64,000 nt of DNA, taken from positions 8,080 to 72,079 of the forward strand of contig CAXBQM010000001.1 of assembly GCA_963978235.1 (NCBI GenBank), written 5' to 3'. The position numbers and the translations under genes were made by a program. Positions 59,537 through 64,000 of this stretch are shown here, piece by piece. Each line of letters begins with the position of its first letter. Position 1 is the stretch's first letter. The stretch is from an uncultured bacterium (GTDB taxonomy: Bacteria; Actinomycetota; Actinomycetes; Nanopelagicales; Nanopelagicaceae). The notes under the pieces were generated by a model. It did not search any database. It was not told the origin of the DNA and saw only the letters and a program-made list of their open reading frames with translations.

Positions 59537-60823
59537 CTAATTAATGCGAGCAACTATGAGTGGTAATCGTTTCACGACTTCCTCAGAAGCGGAAATTTTC
59601 GTTGCGCCAACTAGCGCATCTAGAGCGAGTTCAAATCGCGCTGGTTCGTCGGTATGAAGCGTGAAGAGAGGTGAGCCGGCACTTACTTTCTCGCCAGGTT
59701 TTGCATGAATTTCAATCCCAGCACCTGCTTGTACTTTCTCACCTTGCCGAGAGCGACCCGCACCTAATCGCCATGCCGCAACTCCCACTTTCAAAGCATC
59801 CATTTCCGTAATTGTTCCGTTTGATTCGGCATTGACGGTATGACGTTCGCGCGCAGTTGGCAGTGGCGCATCAGGATCTCCACCTTGCATGGCGATCATT
59901 TTTCGCCATCGATCCATCGCCAACCCATTTTTCAAAGCAATTTCTGGATCACTCTCTACACCAGCCATCGATAACATTTCACGTGCGAGAATCAACGTTA
60001 ATTCAACAACATCACCTGGCCCGCCACCAGCAAGTACTTCCAGTGATTCACGAACTTCGAGCGCATTTCCTACAGTCAATCCCAGTGGTACATCCATAGC
60101 AGTTACCAACGCTCTGGTATTTACTCCTGCTCGTTTACCCAATTCCACCATTATCGTTGCCAAATTCTCTGCTTCTTTTGGATCACTCATAAATGCGCCA
60201 TTACCGGTCTTCACATCCAGAACAAGGGATTGCGTACCTTCCGCAATCTTTTTACTCATAATGGATGAGGCAATTAATGGAATTGCCGGAACTGTTCCGG
60301 TGACATCGCGCAGAGCGTAGAGTTTCTTATCTGCTGGTGCTAAACCAGTTCCGGCAGCGCAAATTACTGCGCCGCAACTTTGTAATACATTGAGCATTTC
60401 CTCATTAGAAAGCGATGCACGCCAGCCAGCGATTGATTCCAACTTATCGAGCGTTCCACCAGTATGACCTAAACCTCTCCCTGATAATTGTGGAACCGCA
60501 ACACCACATGCTGCAACAAGTGGCGCGAGTGGCAAAGTGATCTTGTCACCTACTCCGCCCGTTGAATGCTTATCTGCAGTTGGGACTTTCAATTCTCGCC
60601 ACGACATCTGTTCGCCACTTGCGATCATGGCATCAGTCCACCGCGAAATTTCTCGCATTGACATACCGTTAAGAAGAATTGCCATTAAAAGTGCGGACAT
60701 TTGTTCATCCGCCACGACGCCGCGGGTATATGCCTCAACTATCCAATCGATTTGAGAATCGGATAATTCACCTTTATCCCGCTTTGCTGCAATGATTTCT
60801 GCTGCAGCAAATTTCTCAATCAC
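59537..60823 (-). CDS. deoA: Thymidine/pyrimidine-nucleoside phosphorylase
   Basis: DKHSTGGVGDK and the SGRGLGHTGGTLDKLE motif. Confidence 0.9.
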   Translation of the reverse strand: MIEKFAAAEIIAAKRDKGELSDSQIDWIVEAYTRGVVADEQMSALLMAILLNGMSMREISRWTDAMIASGEQMSWRELKVPTADKHSTGGVGDKITLPLAPLVAACGVAVPQLSGRGLGHTGGTLDKLESIAGWRASLSNEEMLNVLQSCGAVICAAGTGLAPADKKLYALRDVTGTVPAIPLIASSIMSKKIAEGTQSLVLDVKTGNGAFMSDPKEAENLATIMVELGKRAGVNTRALVTAMDVPLGLTVGNALEVRESLEVLAGGGPGDVVELTLILAREMLSMAGVESDPEIALKNGLAMDRWRKMIAMQGGDPDAPLPTARERHTVNAESNGTITEMDALKVGVAAWRLGAGRSRQGEKVQAGAGIEIHAKPGEKVSAGSPLFTLHTDEPARFELALDALVGATKISASEEVVKRLPLIVARIN

Positions 60824-61215
60824 GTTAAATCCTCAGGTCCAAATCCCCACGGCAACATGGTGGACATGGGTTGCGGTCCATCTGGTGTCATTAATTGCAT
60901 AGTGGGTCCACCATGCTCAAATAACAACTGTCGACAACGACCACATGGCGAGAGGTAATTTCCGTTGCTATCAACGCAGACAACCGCGGTCAATCTCCCA
61001 CCGCCAGTCATAATAAGTTGCGAAATCATGGAACATTCCGCACAGAGTGTTAAACCATAACTTGCGTTTTCAACATTACAACCACTGACTAATCGACCAT
61101 CGGTTGTATATCCCGCAACGCCTACTGGAAATTTCGAATACGGCGAATAAGAAAGTTTCATTACTCGTATCGCCTCTTTATGAAGCTCATTCCAACTGAT
61201 GATGGGGTTCGTCAT
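60820..61215 (-). CDS. cdd: Cytidine deaminase
   Basis: Zinc ligands CAECSMI and PCGRCRQ. Confidence 0.9.
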   Translation of the reverse strand: MTNPIISWNELHKEAIRVMKLSYSPYSKFPVGVAGYTTDGRLVSGCNVENASYGLTLCAECSMISQLIMTGGGRLTAVVCVDSNGNYLSPCGRCRQLLFEHGGPTMQLMTPDGPQPMSTMLPWGFGPEDLT

Positions 61216-61224
61216 GTATGAAGT

Positions 61225-62490
61225 TTAATGTGAACTCTCTCGTGAATAAGGTATGCCATCCGCTGCTGGCGCACGTACCTTTCCAACAAATCCGGTAACC
61301 GCAATAATCGTTGCGATATATGGCGCCATCAACATAAATTCACTGGGAATCGGAGTTCCAGTAATCGAGAGCACTCCTTGCAAGTTATCTGCAAAACCAA
61401 AGAGAAGTGCAGCCATTACTGCGCCAAGCGGACTCCAACGACCGAAAATAAGTGCCGCGAGTGCGATAAATCCTTTGCCTGCTGTCATCTCTTTTCCGAA
61501 CGCACCTACTGCGCCAACTGTGAAATATGCGCCGCCAATACCTGCAACTAACCCTGCGATGATCACGTTCTTAAAGCGAAGCGAATTAACCGAAATTCCA
61601 ACGCTATCGGCGGCAGTCGGGTGTTCGCCAATTGCTCGAGTACGCAACCCCCACTTGGTTTTAAATAATGAGAAATGAATCGCAAGAACAATCACATACA
61701 TCAAATACACAATAATTGTTTGACTAAAGAAAATAGGGCCAAGCACAGGAATCTTGCTGAGAAGTGGAATTTCTATTGGTTTGAGAATTGGACCTGAATT
61801 CCACGTATTCTGATATGGGATAAGGAGTTTCTTGTAAAGAAAGTTCGTCATACCTATTACTAAGACGTTGATAACAAAACCTAAAATGACTTGATCAATG
61901 GAAAACTTAATCGCAAAAGTAGCCAATAACAGCGAAATAAGTGCGCCTGCTAATGGTGCCACTAAGAGTCCCCACGTTGTGTTCTTTGTCAATGAGGCCA
62001 CTACTCCGGCCGCAAATGCGCTCGCAAGTAATTGACCTTCAATGGCAATATTTATGACTCCTGATCTTTCACAGAGCACACCCGCCATTGATCCAAATAT
62101 CAGCGGCACCGAAAGCAGGAGCGCACCTTGAAGGAGTCCAGTAAATGGAATCATTTTTCCGCTCGCAGCCCAGCACATAAACGCCATCAGTAATGAGAAT
62201 CCACCAAGTGCGCTTTGAAGTTGAACTTTCTTATCTCGGCGAAACTGAACAAATGCCCAGAGTGAAATGAGTAAGGCGGCGACGCTAAATCCATAAGAGC
62301 CGGTACGAGAATCGAGTGTCCATTCTTGAATCGCTATCCACTCTTTCTCTAAAACAAATTTGAAAGTTACTGGCGCGGTATTTTTCTGAAGGAAACCAAA
62401 ACCGATAAGAGAGGCAAGGGAGAGAATGGCCATGCTTATTACGCCACGGCGGCGGCGAAGTTGAATCGGAGTCAGGTTCATCCGTTCCAT
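61225..62490 (-). CDS. Nucleoside (BMP-family) ABC transporter permease
   Basis: Polytopic membrane protein of the sugar/nucleoside ABC permease type, in an operon with cdd, deoA and add. Confidence 0.75.
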   Translation of the reverse strand: MERMNLTPIQLRRRRGVISMAILSLASLIGFGFLQKNTAPVTFKFVLEKEWIAIQEWTLDSRTGSYGFSVAALLISLWAFVQFRRDKKVQLQSALGGFSLLMAFMCWAASGKMIPFTGLLQGALLLSVPLIFGSMAGVLCERSGVINIAIEGQLLASAFAAGVVASLTKNTTWGLLVAPLAGALISLLLATFAIKFSIDQVILGFVINVLVIGMTNFLYKKLLIPYQNTWNSGPILKPIEIPLLSKIPVLGPIFFSQTIIVYLMYVIVLAIHFSLFKTKWGLRTRAIGEHPTAADSVGISVNSLRFKNVIIAGLVAGIGGAYFTVGAVGAFGKEMTAGKGFIALAALIFGRWSPLGAVMAALLFGFADNLQGVLSITGTPIPSEFMLMAPYIATIIAVTGFVGKVRAPAADGIPYSRESSH

Positions 62491-63647
62491 CCTTTCGCAG
62501 TCATATCTGAAGTTGTCTTCACATTCTTTAATCTAAAGACGGCACGGACCAAGGTTGGTGCCGCAATAAAGAGAACAACGAGCGCTTGGATCACCAGCAC
62601 AATATCAATGGGTGTTGTGGTATTTGCCTGCATTGTTAAACCACCGGCGCGAAGGGCTGCAAAGAGAATTGCTGCAAGAACTGTTCCGACCGGTTGCGCA
62701 CGTCCTAATAACGCAACAGTAATTGCATCAAATCCAAATGAACCAGCAGCACCTGCAGTTAAGGCATGTTCACTACCAAGAATTTGAACTGCGCCACCAA
62801 GTCCCGCTAACGCGCCACAGATCACCATTACTGATGTCATCACAAACGGTACTGACATGCCTGCAGTTTTTGCCGCTAACGTATTTGCACCTACAGCGCG
62901 GAATTGAAAACCCCAGGTTGTTCGCTGCAAAAGTATTGCTATCCCCCATGCAACCAAGAGCGCAATAATGATTGCGAAATTCACCCGAAAAGAATCGCCC
63001 GCCAAGCGAGGTAACTGTGCGTTTTCTTGAACTTCAGGAGCGATGGGATCTTGTCGCCCTTTGCGAAGAAATGTTGTTGTTGAGAGTAACCAGAGCAAGA
63101 AATATGAAGCAACATAATTCAACATGATGGTCACGATCACTTCGTGCGCACCAGTTCGCGCTTTGAGCAATCCAACTAATCCGCCCCAGACACCAGAGAG
63201 AATCAACGCAAAAGAAATAGCCGCAAGGATATGTATCACTGGCGGGAGTGAGAAATGAAAACCTACATACGAAGCGCCAATTGCGCCGAAAATGAATTGG
63301 CCTTGTGCTCCAATATTAAAAAGTCCTGCTCTAAATGCAAGCGTTACTGAGAGCGCGGCCAGAATTAATGGCGCAGCCACTGTAAATGTCTCTGATAATG
63401 GATAGAAACCATTGACAAATGTCTTGCGAGTCAAGTTCGCATCAAATATCGAACCTTGAAAGAGCGCTACATATGCTTTTCCGGCCACGAGAAACGCTTC
63501 GTTGAGTGCTTTCACGGGAGTTCGCCACAGTGCAATAACTTTTGGATCTGAGAACGCAATGAGTAAACCGCCCGAGAGAATAGCCAGCGTAAATGCCAAT
63601 AGCGGTAACTTCACTGAGCGCCATAGGTGAGCGAATCGTTTCTTCAT
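62478..63647 (-). CDS. Nucleoside (BMP-family) ABC transporter permease
   Basis: Paralogous polytopic permease. It overlaps both neighbouring genes. Confidence 0.75.
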   Translation of the reverse strand: MKKRFAHLWRSVKLPLLAFTLAILSGGLLIAFSDPKVIALWRTPVKALNEAFLVAGKAYVALFQGSIFDANLTRKTFVNGFYPLSETFTVAAPLILAALSVTLAFRAGLFNIGAQGQFIFGAIGASYVGFHFSLPPVIHILAAISFALILSGVWGGLVGLLKARTGAHEVIVTIMLNYVASYFLLWLLSTTTFLRKGRQDPIAPEVQENAQLPRLAGDSFRVNFAIIIALLVAWGIAILLQRTTWGFQFRAVGANTLAAKTAGMSVPFVMTSVMVICGALAGLGGAVQILGSEHALTAGAAGSFGFDAITVALLGRAQPVGTVLAAILFAALRAGGLTMQANTTTPIDIVLVIQALVVLFIAAPTLVRAVFRLKNVKTTSDMTAKGWNG

Positions 63648-64000
63648 GCTTTCACCTGTTTAACTCCAGCCATTAATAAACCTAGCTCGCTACGCGAAAT
63701 AGTTGCTGGGACGATATCGATGATTTCACCTTTGTACATCACAGCAATTCGATCTGCCAACGCAAAGACTTCATCGAGTTCTGTACTAAACAAGAGAACG
63801 CCACGCCCGGCATCACGCTCAGCAATAATCCGTTCGTGAACAAATTCGATTGAGCCCACATCCAGACCTCGTGTTGGTTGCGAAGCCACCACAACTTTCA
63901 CTGGCCGTGATAACTCTCGTGCCAAGACAACTTTCTGCTTATTGCCGCCTGATAATGACGAGACGAGGTCGGTAACACTTTGAGTACGGATATCGAATTC
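63644..64000 (-). CDS. ABC transporter ATP-binding protein, C-terminal part (continues beyond the window)
   Basis: Own translation to the window edge gives ...LSGGNKQKVVLARELSRPVKVVVASQPTRGLDVGS..., i.e. ABC signature plus Walker B/D-loop of the second cassette. The frame is open at 64000. Confidence 0.8.
   Translation of the reverse strand, partial: EFDIRTQSVTDLVSSLSGGNKQKVVLARELSRPVKVVVASQPTRGLDVGSIEFVHERIIAERDAGRGVLLFSTELDEVFALADRIAVMYKGEIIDIVPATISRSELGLLMAGVKQVKA

Overview
The window is 64 kb of almost gap-free coding sequence. I support 66 CDS, two of them below the 60-aa cut-off of the ORF track and found by my own translation. I found no tRNA, rRNA, CRISPR array, transposase, integrase, prophage or toxin-antitoxin genes. 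The largest non-coding stretch is about 120 bp.

Gene content and order are core Actinobacteria. WhiB, MtrAB, MshB, DUF3499, DUF3107, DUF3117, an Rv3235-family protein and an AccD5-AccE-Maf-AccA3-like block are all present. From memory, the order follows two M. tuberculosis neighbourhoods, about Rv3235-Rv3285 and Rv1170-Rv1232. Moderate GC (judged by eye) plus extreme compaction suggests a streamlined actinobacterium such as the freshwater acI/Nanopelagicales type; this is inference only.

Main blocks, left to right:
- Edge of a Tad-like SAF/CpaE-like locus.
- secA, comF-like gene, mtrBA, ahcY.
- manB, DUF3499, DUF5719, a giant GT2 and whiB.
- manC, dapC, fdxA.
- GNAT, cysS, mshB.
- TetR, DUF3107, a 2-hydroxyacid dehydrogenase.
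- EamA, PHP, MarC.
- A soluble MgtE-like protein, DUF1003, mrp, tatB, htrA, an O-methyltransferase, pepA.
- nhaA.
- DUF3117, a sigma-region-4-only protein, SRPBCC, LOG, dapD.
- A wall-glycopolymer cluster: SpoIID, ABC exporter, GT2, LCP, ugd.
- purEK, gtrA, birA.
- Acyl-CoA carboxylase genes.
- putA.
- A large nucleoside uptake and catabolism cluster.

I do not see a clear defence island or an obviously new multi-gene machine. The best leads are:
1. A tightly coupled LOG / SRPBCC / orphan sigma-region-4 / DUF3117 cassette.
2. A half-size aldehyde-dehydrogenase paralogue that lacks the catalytic domain and is translationally coupled to a full-length one.
3. Genome-architecture signals: a recurrent TANNNT-N6/7-start geometry implying many leaderless mRNAs, and interlocked TTAA/TTAG stop codons at convergent gene ends.
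4. Conserved partners missing from otherwise conserved synteny: lpqB, hpf and tmk in one region, sigE-rseA in another.

All functional calls come from motif and family recognition by eye. None has been checked against a database.
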